Below are positions 9,272 through 19,527 of a DNA stretch of 48,306 bases, in pieces. Source of the DNA: Prasinococcaceae sp. CCMP 1430 (taxonomy: Eukaryota > Plantae > Prasinodermophyta); assembly GCA_013416795.1 (NCBI GenBank), contig RQSC01001337.1, positions 7,593 to 55,898 on the forward strand, in the 5' to 3' direction. The notes under the pieces are model-generated. The model was not told the DNA's origin, ran no database searches, and saw only the letters and a program-made list of their open reading frames with translations. The stretch's first letter is position 1, and each line of letters opens with the position of its first letter. Both the position numbers and the translations under genes were made by a program.

Positions 9272-12200
9272 GGGCCGCGCCGCTCGGGCCGCGTCGCGCT
9301 GTCCGCCGCGGCCGAAGCCGATGCCGCCGCGCCGCGGCCCAAGCGCCGCAAGAAGACGGCCGCCGGCGGGGACAGCGACGACGAAGACTACGACCCCGGC
9401 GCGGCGGAGGACGCGAACGGAGTGATAGTGCTCGACGACAGCGACGACGAGGACGACGCCGACTTCGTCGAGGAGGAGGCGCCCCCGACGGGCAGGAAGC
9501 GCCGCACGCCCGCGTCGGCGAAGAAGGAGCGGGCCGCCAAGGCCAAGGCACAGAAGCAGGCGGAGAGGAAGGCCGCAAAGCAGACGGCGGCCTCCAGGCG
9601 CGCGAGCGGTGGGAGCGCGGCCGACCCCGTCGAGATTGGCGACAGCGACGAGGGCGACGCGCCCGCGGATGACCCCCACGCGCTCTCGACGGCGCTCGAG
9701 GGCGAGCTGGGCGTGACGGCGCGCTCCGGTGGGCGAGCCGCCGCCGCGACCTGCGGTCCGCCGCCGCAGGCCGAGCAGCCCAAGGACCTGCTGCTGCCGC
9801 TGCTGCCCTTCCAGCGCGAGTTCCTCGCGTGGGCGCTGGCGCAGGAGGCCGGCGAGGTCAAGGGGGGCGTGCTGGCCGACGAGATGGGCATGGGCAAGAC
9901 GCTGCAGTCCATCGCGCTCGTGCTCTCCAATCGGGGCGAAGTGGGTGCGGAGACCCAGGGCGCGTCCACCAGCGCGGGCCCGGCGGCGACCAAGGGCAAG
10001 GGCAAGGGCAAGGGCAAGGCCAGCGCCTTCCCGGTGCGCAACCCCACGCTGGTCGTGTGCCCGACCGTCGCCATCATCCAGTGGCGCGGCGAGATCGCGC
10101 GCTACGTGGCGCCCGGCGCCGCGAAGGTGCTGCTGTGGCACGGCTCGACGAAGACGCTCGACCCCGACGAGTTGCGCTCGGCGGACTTCGTGCTCACCAC
10201 GTATGGCACGCTCGAGGCCGAGTACCGCAAGCATCTCATGCCTGAGAAGGTCACGTGCACGTGGTGCAACAAGAAGTACTACCCGGACAAGCTGCCCCTG
10301 CACCTCAAGTACTTCTGCGGGCCCATGGCCGAGCGAACGGCCGCCCAGGCCAAGCAGGAGCGCGGCGGTGGCCACGGCGATGACGACGACGAGGGGGGCG
10401 GTCGCAAGGGGAAGAAGGTCAACTGGGCGCGTGCGACCTCCAAGGCCGAGAGCGCCAAGCTTGAGAACATGATGAAGCGGGCGGCGGCGCGGGCGGGGCT
10501 TGAGGTCAAGGGCGACGCCGAAAAGGGCAAGGCCAAGGGCAAGACCAAAGGCAAGGGCAAGGCGGCGGACCCGAAAGGCAAGGGCAAGGCGAAGGGCAAG
10601 CGCAAGGCCGACGAAGCGGACGAGGACGACGATGACGACGAGGACGACCCGGTCAACAAGGCGGTTATGGACCTGCTCGCGTGCGCGGCCAAGGTGGCGG
10701 CGCGCGCGCCCGTGAACGGCGGCGGGGACAGCTCCAAGAGCGTCATGCATTCGGTGCATTGGCACCGCGTGATCCTCGACGAGGCGCACGCCATCAAGGA
10801 CCGCTCGTGCAACACCGCTCAGTCCGTCTTCAACCTGCGCGCCACCTACCGCTGGGCACTCAGCGGCACGCCGCTGCAGAACCGCGTGGGCGAGCTCTAC
10901 TCGATCGTGCGCTTCCTTCGGGCGGACCCGTACGCCTTCTATTTCTGCAAGAAGTGCGCCAAGGAGGGCAAAGAGTGCAAGAGCCTGTGGGAGATGGGGC
11001 CCGACGGCAACTGCCGACACTGCGGCTGCCACAAATTCAACCACTGGTGTTGGTGGAACCGCAAGGTGTCCAACCCCATCAAGTACCACGGCTACGCGGG
11101 CAAGGGGGCGGACGCCATGAACCTGCTGCGCGACGAGGTGCTGCCCGCCACGCTGCTGCGGCGCACCAAGGCGCAACGCGCGGACGACCTGGCGCTGCCT
11201 CCGCGCCAGACGGTGGTCCGCCGCCTGGCGATGGACTCGCGCGAGAAGGACTTCTACGAGGCGCTCTACACGCAGTCGCAGGCGCGCTTCAACACGTTCG
11301 TGTCGGGGGGCACCGTTCTCAACAACTACGCGCACATCTTCGATCTGCTCGTGCGCCTGCGGCAATCCGTGTGCCACCCGTATCTGGTGGTGCACTCGGC
11401 GACCAACAGGGCAAGCAGCGAGGATGCGGACGCCGCGGCGGCGCCCAGCGAGAGCGCGCCTGCCGCGCTGTGCGGCATCTGCTACGACGCTGCGGACGAC
11501 CCCGTGACCACGGCCTGCGGCCACGCCTTTTGCCGAGCGTGCATCCAGGGCATGCTCGAGATGCACGCGTCGCAGGCAGGTGCCGCCGGCCCTGCCAAGT
11601 GCCCCACGTGCTCCAACGCGCTCAGCGTGGACCTCAGCGGTGCGGACGCGGAGGACAGCCCCGGCAAGAGGGGGGGCAAGGGCAAGGCGAAGGCCGCACC
11701 GGCTCAAGGTGCGATGGGCGCTGGTGCTGCCGCGCGCGTGCGTGCGTGCGCGCTTGCGCCCTGGACCACTGTTTGCTGACTCGCGCGCTCTGCTTGGTCC
11801 GCATCCGCACGCGTGGCCGTGCGCCCCTTAGTCGCGTCGAGCGGGCGCGCGCGCAAGTCCATCATGACGCGCGTGGGTGCCACGGCCTTCCAGAGCTCCA
11901 CCAAGATCGAAGCGCTGCGCGAAGAGCTCTTCGAAATGAAGCGCATCGACCCGAGCGCCAAGGCGATCGTCTTCTCGCAGTTCACGTCCATGCTCGAGCT
12001 CATGCAGCACCGACTGACGCTCGCAGGGCTCACGTGCCTCCGCCTCGATGGCAGCATGTCGCTCAAGAAGCGCGATGAGGCCATCGACCGCTTCACGAAC
12101 GACCCGGACGTCAGCGTCTTCTTCCTCAGCCTCAAGGCTGGCGGCGTGGCGCTCAACCTCACGGCTGCGAGCCACGTCTTCCTGATGGATCCTTGGTGGA

Positions 12201-12532
12201 ACCCGGTGCGTGTGCGCGCGCTTGTCCGCCGCGCGTGCGCGACGTCGTGCGCGGAGCTTGGTTCGCTGCTGGCTGACGCGTGCGCGCGCGTGCTTGCCCG
12301 GGCTCTCTCGCGCGTCCGTCAGGCGGTCGAGCAGCAGGCGAACGATCGCATCCACCGTCTGGGCCAGTACAAGCCGATCAAGTGCGTGCGCATCATCATC
12401 GCCGGCACCATCGAGGAGCGCATCATCGCGCTGCAGGACAAGAAGCGCATGATCTTCGAGGCCACCGTCGGCAGGGACGATGCTAGCCTCGGAAAGCTCA
12501 CTGCGGAGGACATGGCCTTCCTCTTCAGCTGA
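9272..12532 (+). CDS. RAD16: RAD16-like SNF2 helicase with RING finger (global-genome NER); start codon in gap
   Basis: Motifs GGVLADEMGMGKT, VILDEAH, WALSGTPLQN, RING CGIC...CGHAFCRAC...CPTC, KAIVFSQFTSML, LSLKAGGVALNLT and QANDRIHRLGQ. Introns 11709-11831 and 12206-12322 are phase-compatible. Confidence 0.9.
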
Positions 12533-12674
12533 CTTGGTGTGCAGTGGCTTATATACAGTGTACCTTATACTCCCGCGGCCCAGGCGAAGGCGCGCGCGCG
12601 CGATAACACACCTGGAGTGTTTTTTTTTCTTGGCGTCTGCAAGCGTCGCGTGCGCGTCGAGCCCACCGCGCCGC

Positions 12675-14186
12675 TCACTCGCAGCACGCCTCCGCGACCA
12701 CGTTGAGGGCAGCGCGCAGCTGGCGCGCCGCCGGGAACGACATGTCGCGCGGAACGCCCACGCGGTCGCGCAGGTAGAGCGCTGAAGCGACGGCCGCGTC
12801 GCCCGGTAGGGAGGCGGCCGCGTTGCCGGGGCGCACCGCTGCGGCGACGCCCGCGGGTGAGGCGTGCGTGCCGACGGTGCCGTCCGCGACGTCGGTGCCC
12901 GCGCCCTTGGCTGCCGCCGCGAGCAGGACGGCCGTCGCGTGCCGCAGGGCTGCGTCCGCGGCCCCTGCCTGCGCCTCGCTCGCGCCCCTCACATTCGCGC
13001 GCGGGTCGCACAGGCGCGCGCCCACGCCGCCCATGCCACTACCCGCCGCACCGCGCAGGGCAAACTTCGCCACGTTCGCGTGGTTTCCCAGCAGCGAGCG
13101 TGCAGCTTCGAGGCGCGCGGCCACCGGGCCGCCTCCGGCGACGCCGCTGACGTCGCTCGGGTACACCAGGGCCTCCTTTGTTACCCCCACGAGCGCCGAA
13201 TGGCCCTCCGCCTCCGCTCCCGCGGTCAGCTGGCCCCAGCCGAGCCCGGCACCGTCCACCTCGTCCCTGTACTTCGCCCCGGCGTCGACGGCCGCGCAGC
13301 CGCCCAGCTGCGGCGGCAGGTCGTGCACGTGCGTGTAGTAGTCCGACTTCTGTCGACGATACGTGTCGCGCGACTCCATCGCCTCGAACCAGGCGTTGAT
13401 GGCAGGCCAGCGGCCGTCGTCGCGGCCGCGCACCACCATGCCTTTGTAGTAGGGGACGCTGGCGGCGATGCGCTCCAGGAAAGGCGTGAAGGCAAGGTCG
13501 ACGTAGCTGATCTCCTCGCCCAGGAAGTAGGGCCCCGCGCTCACGACGGTCAGCGCATCGTTGGTGGCGTCCATGACGTCCTCGAAGTCCTCCATCCCTT
13601 GCTCGTGCGCCCAGCCGCTCGTGAGCCACTGCAGCCACCTCCCGAAGAGCTGGCGCTCCAGCTTGAGCATCTGGTCCGCCAGCGCGCGCTGCTCGCTGCC
13701 GGGCGGCGGCAGCATGGGCGACTTGTCCGGAAAGGCCTCTTCGATCCTGCGCATGATGACGTCCGACTCGGTGACCAAGCGGCCGTCCAGTTCCATGACG
13801 GGCAGCATGCCGGAGGGCACCTTCGCCAAGAAGGACGCGGGCTTGTCGCCGTAGCAGCGCAGGGGCGCCTTGATCACGCGGTAGGAGATGCGCTTCTCCT
13901 CGAGCTGCAGCCAGACCTTCTGGCAGTACGGGCACCAGGCGGCGTGGTCACGGTACAGCGTGACGCGCACGTCTGACTCGCTGTCGCCGTCGAAGAGCCG
14001 CAGCATCGCGCGCGCCGAGAGCGGTCCGCGCGCGTCACCGTCGGCGTGCCCACCACCGGCCCCGACGCCCGCGGCGGCCTCGACGGCCTCGAGCGTGGCC
14101 TGGAGGTCGTCCCACGACGCCTCGGCATCGGCGATCGCTGTGGCTGCGTCGACGCCCGCGGGCGTCGCCGCGGTTGCGCCGCGAGC
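12675..14186 (-). CDS. Cys-type glutathione S-transferase family protein (CPYC active site), probably plastid; 5' end unresolved at the N at 14187
   Basis: GST N-domain LYRDHAAWCPYCQKVWLQLEEK...VPSGMLP...ESDVI and GST C-domain GPYFLGEEISYVDLAFTPFLER. The frame is open upstream of the annotated Met as far as 14186. Confidence 0.85.
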   Translation of the reverse strand, partial: ARGATAATPAGVDAATAIADAEASWDDLQATLEAVEAAAGVGAGGGHADGDARGPLSARAMLRLFDGDSESDVRVTLYRDHAAWCPYCQKVWLQLEEKRISYRVIKAPLRCYGDKPASFLAKVPSGMLPVMELDGRLVTESDVIMRRIEEAFPDKSPMLPPPGSEQRALADQMLKLERQLFGRWLQWLTSGWAHEQGMEDFEDVMDATNDALTVVSAGPYFLGEEISYVDLAFTPFLERIAASVPYYKGMVVRGRDDGRWPAINAWFEAMESRDTYRRQKSDYYTHVHDLPPQLGGCAAVDAGAKYRDEVDGAGLGWGQLTAGAEAEGHSALVGVTKEALVYPSDVSGVAGGGPVAARLEAARSLLGNHANVAKFALRGAAGSGMGGVGARLCDPRANVRGASEAQAGAADAALRHATAVLLAAAAKGAGTDVADGTVGTHASPAGVAAAVRPGNAAASLPGDAAVASALYLRDRVGVPRDMSFPAARQLRAALNVVAEACCE

Positions 14187-14374
14187 NCGTCTGCGCGTGC
14201 GTGCGTGCGTGCGTGCGTGCGTGCACTTCTGCCTCTGTGTGCGTGTGTGCGCGCGTACGCGCGCGCGAGCGCGTGTGGCGCCGCGCGGCGCGTGCCAAGC
14301 ACGCCTGCGGCGCGCGCTTTTTCTCGGCTGGGGTTTCGGGCGATTTAATTTGGAAAATTATTTTGTTTCGTGCG

Positions 14375-15021
14375 TCAGATCGCATTGTAGGAAGGCGCGC
14401 CCGACGGATAAATGGGGCGAAAAGTGCCTTTTTTGGCGGTCCGACGAGGGCCGCCGGCGCACGCGCGGAACAGAAGGCTCCTCGTGGTGACTCGTTCGCT
14501 GGAAATTGTTCTCCCGGCGTCTGCTGCGTCTCTCAGCCTTTCCGTCGCCCCGCGCTGCGCATTCAGGTGAGCTGCGTACACGCGCGCGACGCGCGCGTCG
14601 CGCTCAGCGCACGCGGCATCGAGCGCCGCGTCGTCCGCCGCTTGCGCCTCGGGCAGTGCGGCCGCCTACGCCGTTGCGACGCGCGCGACCGCAGCAGCGC
14701 TGCGCGCGTCCGCCACGCGCGCGGCGGCACCGGAAGGGTGGAATCGTTCCCGCAGCTCTCGCAGTCCGCGGCGCGGCCGCAGCGACAGCACGGCGCCGCA
14801 CCAACGGCGGGTTGTACCTCTCCTCCCCGTGATAGTCGAAGGCGTTCGCGTCGTCCGCCTTGGACAGGACGATAGTCGGGGTGGGCTCCGTAAGGTCACT
14901 AGTACAATAAGTGGCTGCACATCTTGCAGTAGTGACAGTAGTGCTTGCTTTCGCGTGAGTTCCTGTCATTGCCCCAGCTGCCGGCCAGGCCGCCCGAGCT
15001 GGCGCTGCCCCAGCTGCCCAT
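14375..15021 (-). CDS. Putative small spliced gene with a U1/matrin-type zinc-finger-like start (KHYCHYCK ... DYH)
   Basis: ATG at 15021 gives MGSWG...ESKHYCHYCKM. Downstream segments ADDANAFDYHGEERYNPPL and AAALPEAQAADDAALDAACAERDARVARVYAAHL join by a phase-0 GT-AG intron, but the first junction could not be made in phase. Confidence 0.25.
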
Positions 15022-15562
15022 GTGCCTGGTATTGTCGTCTTAGCCGTCGGTCACCGCCTGTGGGACCAACATCATATAGGCGGTTAGCAGCCTCGCGGGT
15101 GCGCAGTCGTCCGCACGCATTGGGCGGAACGCGTGCGCACAATCTCCGCACACTGCTCCACGAACTGCTCCAAAATGTCTGGTGCGAACGCGGAGGTCGT
15201 GCGCCCGTACGTGCCATTTGTATCGTGCAAGCGGAGCAAGGGCGCAGTGGCCGCTGGCACTGGTCGGAAACCTCGCAGCACGGAAATCTCGCGTACGGCC
15301 AATTCGCCATTCCCCTACATATACCTACCCCTATCAAAAAGTCCCGGCCGGGCCCCCGGCGCATCGCCCTTGCATTTTGATGGCAGCGCACGCATTTTGA
15401 TGGCGCCGCGCCGCCGCGCGTGACTTGGCGCGGGCCGCGGCTGGGAGGCGAGCTCGGCCGCGCAGGGAGGCCGGCAGCGGGTCCGCGCGCCGCGCGCGCA
15501 TCCCGCCCATTCGGAACCCATGCATTGATAATTTGTAATACGCATGTGACGGAACCTTGAAT

Positions 15563-15589
15563 TGGATTCCATTTTTGAAATGGAATCCA
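15563..15589. repeat. Perfect 12-bp inverted repeat with 3-nt loop
   Basis: TGGATTCCATTT-ttg-AAATGGAATCCA. Confidence 0.9.
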
Positions 15590-16387
15590 TCCTTATCCGC
15601 GCGCGCGACGAATCTTTTGCCTCCGCGTGGCGCGCGCACCCGGGGTTGGGAACCTCAGAGTGGGTGATTTCGATCGGCACTCCGGATTATGAGAGGTCAA
15701 ATATCAAAAAATCGATTGGAATAGTATGCCGTCGATTGGTGATATTCCGCGTCGGGGGCGCGCGGGCGCCGTGCGGGCGGGGGCGGGGAGGCTGGAAGGA
15801 GGGGGGGAGGGGGCAGCTGGGGATGAGGGGGGGGGCGCGCCAGACTGCCATCTTCGCGCGGCGAACCCTTTCCCCCTCACACACAATGGCCTGCACCGAC
15901 CGCGCCGCACCCACCATACGCCCTGTGGCACGCGCACCCCTCCTCCACCACCTCCCCCGCACGGCGTCCCCGCCACGGCAGCGGTTCGAATGCGAGCGCG
16001 AGGACGACACGCCGTCAAAAAAAAAAAAACTCCCACTGCCAGACGCATTGCGTTCCCACTTCTCAATCGTTTTTCGCTTGTGTGCCACCGTCCGTCGCAG
16101 GTGTGAGAGATTGAGTGTGGTCTCCCAAATCAAACTCCGGAACACATTTTTGGCTTTTTTTCCTTTTTTTTTGTTTTGCCCGCGTGGTGGTCGTCGGCAG
16201 GGCGGGCTGTTGCCGCGCGAACGGCGCTGCCGCGCTGCGCCCCCCGCCGCTGCGCCACAGAGCGCGCTCGGCGCGCGTGCCGGCGCCTGTCCGCCCCGCC
16301 TCGCTCGCCGGGATCCAGCGCGGAGGGACGGCGAGGGAAGAGGGCGGTGTCGGAGACGAGGGGGAAGTGGGGCAGGCGCGCGGCCGC

Positions 16388-17239
16388 ATGTCGGCCGACG
16401 GCCGCCGCGCGGCGCTGCTCGGCGCCGTCACGCTCGGCGTGGGTGCGCTCGCTGGCAAGGTGCGCGAGCGCGAGCGCGAGCGCGGAGCGGGGTTCGTGAT
16501 CCGAAAGGGTTGAGGGGCGCGCGACGTGGGCTCGCGCGTCATAGGAACGCCCTCGCGCCATGGGGACGCCCTCGCGCCCGCGAGGCCTGGAGTGAGCGCG
16601 ATGCGCCGACTCGCTGACGTGCGCTTGTGCGCTCCCGCTCGCTCGCGAAGGCGTCCGCCGAGGAGGAGGCCGCCGCCGCCGCCCCGGAGAACCCGCTCAT
16701 CGCCGCGCTCCTCGAGCGCTCGGAGGCGAACAAGGCGCTCAACGACAAGAAGCGCCTCGCCACCTCGTACGCCAACCTCGCGCGCTCGCGCACTGTGACC
16801 GACGGTGCGTCTGCCCGCGCGCGGTGCGCGCCGCCACCGCCACACGCTGCAACGCGTGGACGCTCGTGCTCTGCTACCCGCCCACCCGCCAAACGCACTT
16901 CGCCGCATCCAGGCGCGCGAACACACTCGCGCACATGCTTTCGTCTCGCCGAGAGTCACGGCGCGCCGCTGACGCTGCCCTGCCTCCTCCCGCCCCCAGG
17001 CACCTGCGCGTTCCCGGACAACCTCATTGGGTGTGAGAACATGGCTGAGATGGGCGGCGTCAAGTGGATCTCGGACGACCTCGCGCTCGAGTGCGAGGGT
17101 GTGCCGGAGGGCGAGATCTGCGCGTCCAAGGTGGGTGGCGTGCGCGCGTGCGCGCGTGCGCGAGCGAGCGACTGCAGCGCACGCGCGGGCGTTTCTAGAT
17201 GTGTCGTGTGAAGCCAAGCCGAGCCAATGCACACCAGCG

Positions 17240-17291
<52 letters not shown>

Positions 17292-17424
17292 TTCCCCTCC
17301 TTACGCGCTCGCTGACTCGTCAATGCTTCCAACCCCGGCGCCACCGCCACACACCATCGCCGCTGCCCTGCTCTACGTGCGTGCATAGGCCAAGGGCTCG
17401 TTCCCCAGCTTCCTGGGCGTGTAA
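16388..17424 (+). CDS. PSAN: Photosystem I subunit PsaN precursor (twin-arginine lumen signal); extreme 5' transit exon unresolved
   Basis: Exons 16388-16459, 16651-16804, 17000-17130 and a probable last exon 17389-17424 (AKGSFPSFLGV*), all in phase. LERSEANKALNDKKRLATSYAN, TCAFPDNLIGC and ISDDLALECEG match PsaN; the signal reads RRAALLG...ASA. Confidence 0.88.
17240..17291 (+). repeat. Poly(C) homopolymer (~52 nt) inside the last PsaN intron
   Basis: Directly visible run of C. Confidence 0.9.
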
Positions 17425-18109
17425 GACGTAGGCCAGGGAAACCCAAGTACCATAACACATACACATGCGTACGCACTGATGGCGCGCGGAGCGGAGCATG
17501 CACGCACGCCAAGCATTTCGCGCGAGATCCCCCCACACTCTAGAGAGCGCAGCCACGGCGGCCCCTCGTGGCACTCCCGTGCCCTTGCCCTCCAGTCTCG
17601 CTGCATTTGCGTGCGCGATGTCGGCGCAGCTCGTCCAACCCTGGCTCGTGAGCTCGCGGTCCCAGCGCCACTGGAGGCGTCGGACGCATTGACGCGTGGT
17701 GCGAAGGGCTGGGCGCGTTCCGCGTGGTCCAGCAATGCGACGCACCTGAAGCACGTTATCACCAGGAGGCACGCCAGCGCCGGCGCGTCGCGTCGTCCGG
17801 GCACGGCACACCTCCGATACCCACGGGATACTAGAAATGCGTGCGTTTTAAGCTCACATTTTATCGGAATAATTTAGCTTCACATACCGTTTTTATAGAT
17901 GCAATTTTAGAGTCGATTTGATTTTTCCCGCAATTGTCCGCGCGGGCGCCGCGTCGTCGCGGCGCCCGGGCCAGCCGCCGGCGCAGCCGCCAGGCAGCAG
18001 CGGCGGCGGCAGCCGTTTCGGCGGCGGCACCGCCGGCGGCTGAGACAAAGGTCGACGCCGAGGGGGCCGCGGAGGCGGCGGAGGCGGGGGCGCCCTCTCG
18101 CGCGCCGCC

Positions 18110-19412
18110 ATGCAGCACGACGAGGTGATATGGCAGGTGATAAACCAGGGACACTGCTCTTTCAAGGTCAAGACAGTCACGCAGAACTTCTGCAAGAATG
18201 AGATGAACGTCACCGGTCTGTGCAACCGTTCGAGCTGCCCGCTCGCCAACTCGCGCTATGGTGCGTGCGCTCGCGCGTGCGCCGCACCACCTGGAGTGCA
18301 CATCCGAGCGTCGTGCGTGCGTGTGTGTGCGGCGATGCCTCGTGGGGTCCGCAGAGCCACCCCGCGAAGCGCCCGTGCCGCGTCTGACGCTTCCGCGCCC
18401 TGCCGCATCCGCAGCCACCATCCAGGAGGACAAGGGCCGGCTCTACCTGTGCACCAAGTCCATCGAGCGCGCGCACCTGCCGTCGCGGCTGTGGGACCGC
18501 GTGCGCCTGAGCCGCAACTACGCCAAGGCGCTCGAGCAGGTCAGCGACGCGCTTGAGTTCTGGCCCAAGTATCTAGTCCACAAGAACAAGCAGCGCCTGA
18601 CAAAGATGACGCAGATGCTCATCCGCATGCGCAAGCTCGCGCTGCGCGCCATGCCCAAGCTCGTGCCCGTCAGCGCCAGCCGCGAGGCCAAGGAGCGCCG
18701 CAAGGAGGCCAAGGCACTCCAGGCGGCCAAGGTCGACAAGGCCATCGAGAACGAGCTGCTGCAGCGGTTGCAGCAGGGCACCTACGGGGAGATCTACAAC
18801 TTCCCCATGCAGCAGTTCGGCAAGGTGCTCGACCGTGAGAAGGTTGCCGACAAGGACGCCGACGACCTCGCCCGACGCATTGCCGAGGAGGAGGAGGATG
18901 CGCAGGCCGAGCTCGATGCCGAGGAGGCGGAGGCAGGCGAGGGCGGCGAGGCGGGTGGCAGCGGCAGCGGCGGGGCGGACTTCTTCGAGGAGGCGTACTC
19001 GGACGAGGAGGACGAGGAGGACGACCTTGACCTGAACTTCGGCGGCGCCGACTCGGACCAGGAGCCCACCGACTCGGACGACTACAACTACACCGATTCT
19101 GAGGAGGAAGACGCGGATAGCCAGAGCGACGAGGAGGGCGGCGTGTCGGGTGACAGTGACAGCGACGAAGAGGAAGAGGAGGACTTCGAGGCCGCGCGCA
19201 AGGGCAAGGGCAAGGGCAAGCGCAAGGCGCCCGCGCCCGCTGGTGACAAAGCCAAAGCCGCGGCACAGCCGGTCAAGGCCAAGGCAAAGCCTGCCAAGAA
19301 GAAGGCGAAGCGCACGGGCGGCGGGCGGCCGCACATGGAGGTCGAGTATGAGGAGGAGCGCGAGGCACAGGGAGCACGCGGCGGCGGCTCTCGGGGCTCG
19401 TTCGACTTCTAG
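18110..19412 (+). CDS. MAK16: MAK16 60S ribosome biogenesis protein
   Basis: [19 protein letters not shown]...[21 protein letters not shown]; intron 18261-18414; [26 protein letters not shown]; acidic tail and C-terminal EVEYEEE. Confidence 0.95.
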
Positions 19413-19527
19413 TCATTCGGGAAGCCTCAGGCGGCGTTGGGACGCGCGCTTTTCGCGACGTGTGAGCGCGCGCCGGAGACATAATAATTACACCACATTG
19501 ATATTACCTGAGCCGCCGGCGCTCTTC

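Noticed and set aside
10240-10330. Zinc-finger-like insert (CTWC...HLKYFC) and Cys cluster inside the RAD16 ATPase
   Set aside because: Similar inserts are a known feature of plant-type and fungal RAD16 proteins, so this is not novel.
14895-14936. Inverted repeat GTCACTA...TAGTGAC
   Set aside because: It is only 7 bp with a long loop, which is within chance expectation.
15975-16000. GGTTCGAAT resembling a tRNA T-loop
   Set aside because: No flanking cloverleaf or acceptor stem. No tRNA, rRNA or snRNA gene was recognised anywhere in the window.
17934-18128. Coding-looking Ala-rich ORF just upstream of MAK16
   Set aside because: It has no ATG, is out of frame with the conserved MAK16 N-terminus, and is explained by GCG/GCC repeats in a GC-rich leader.
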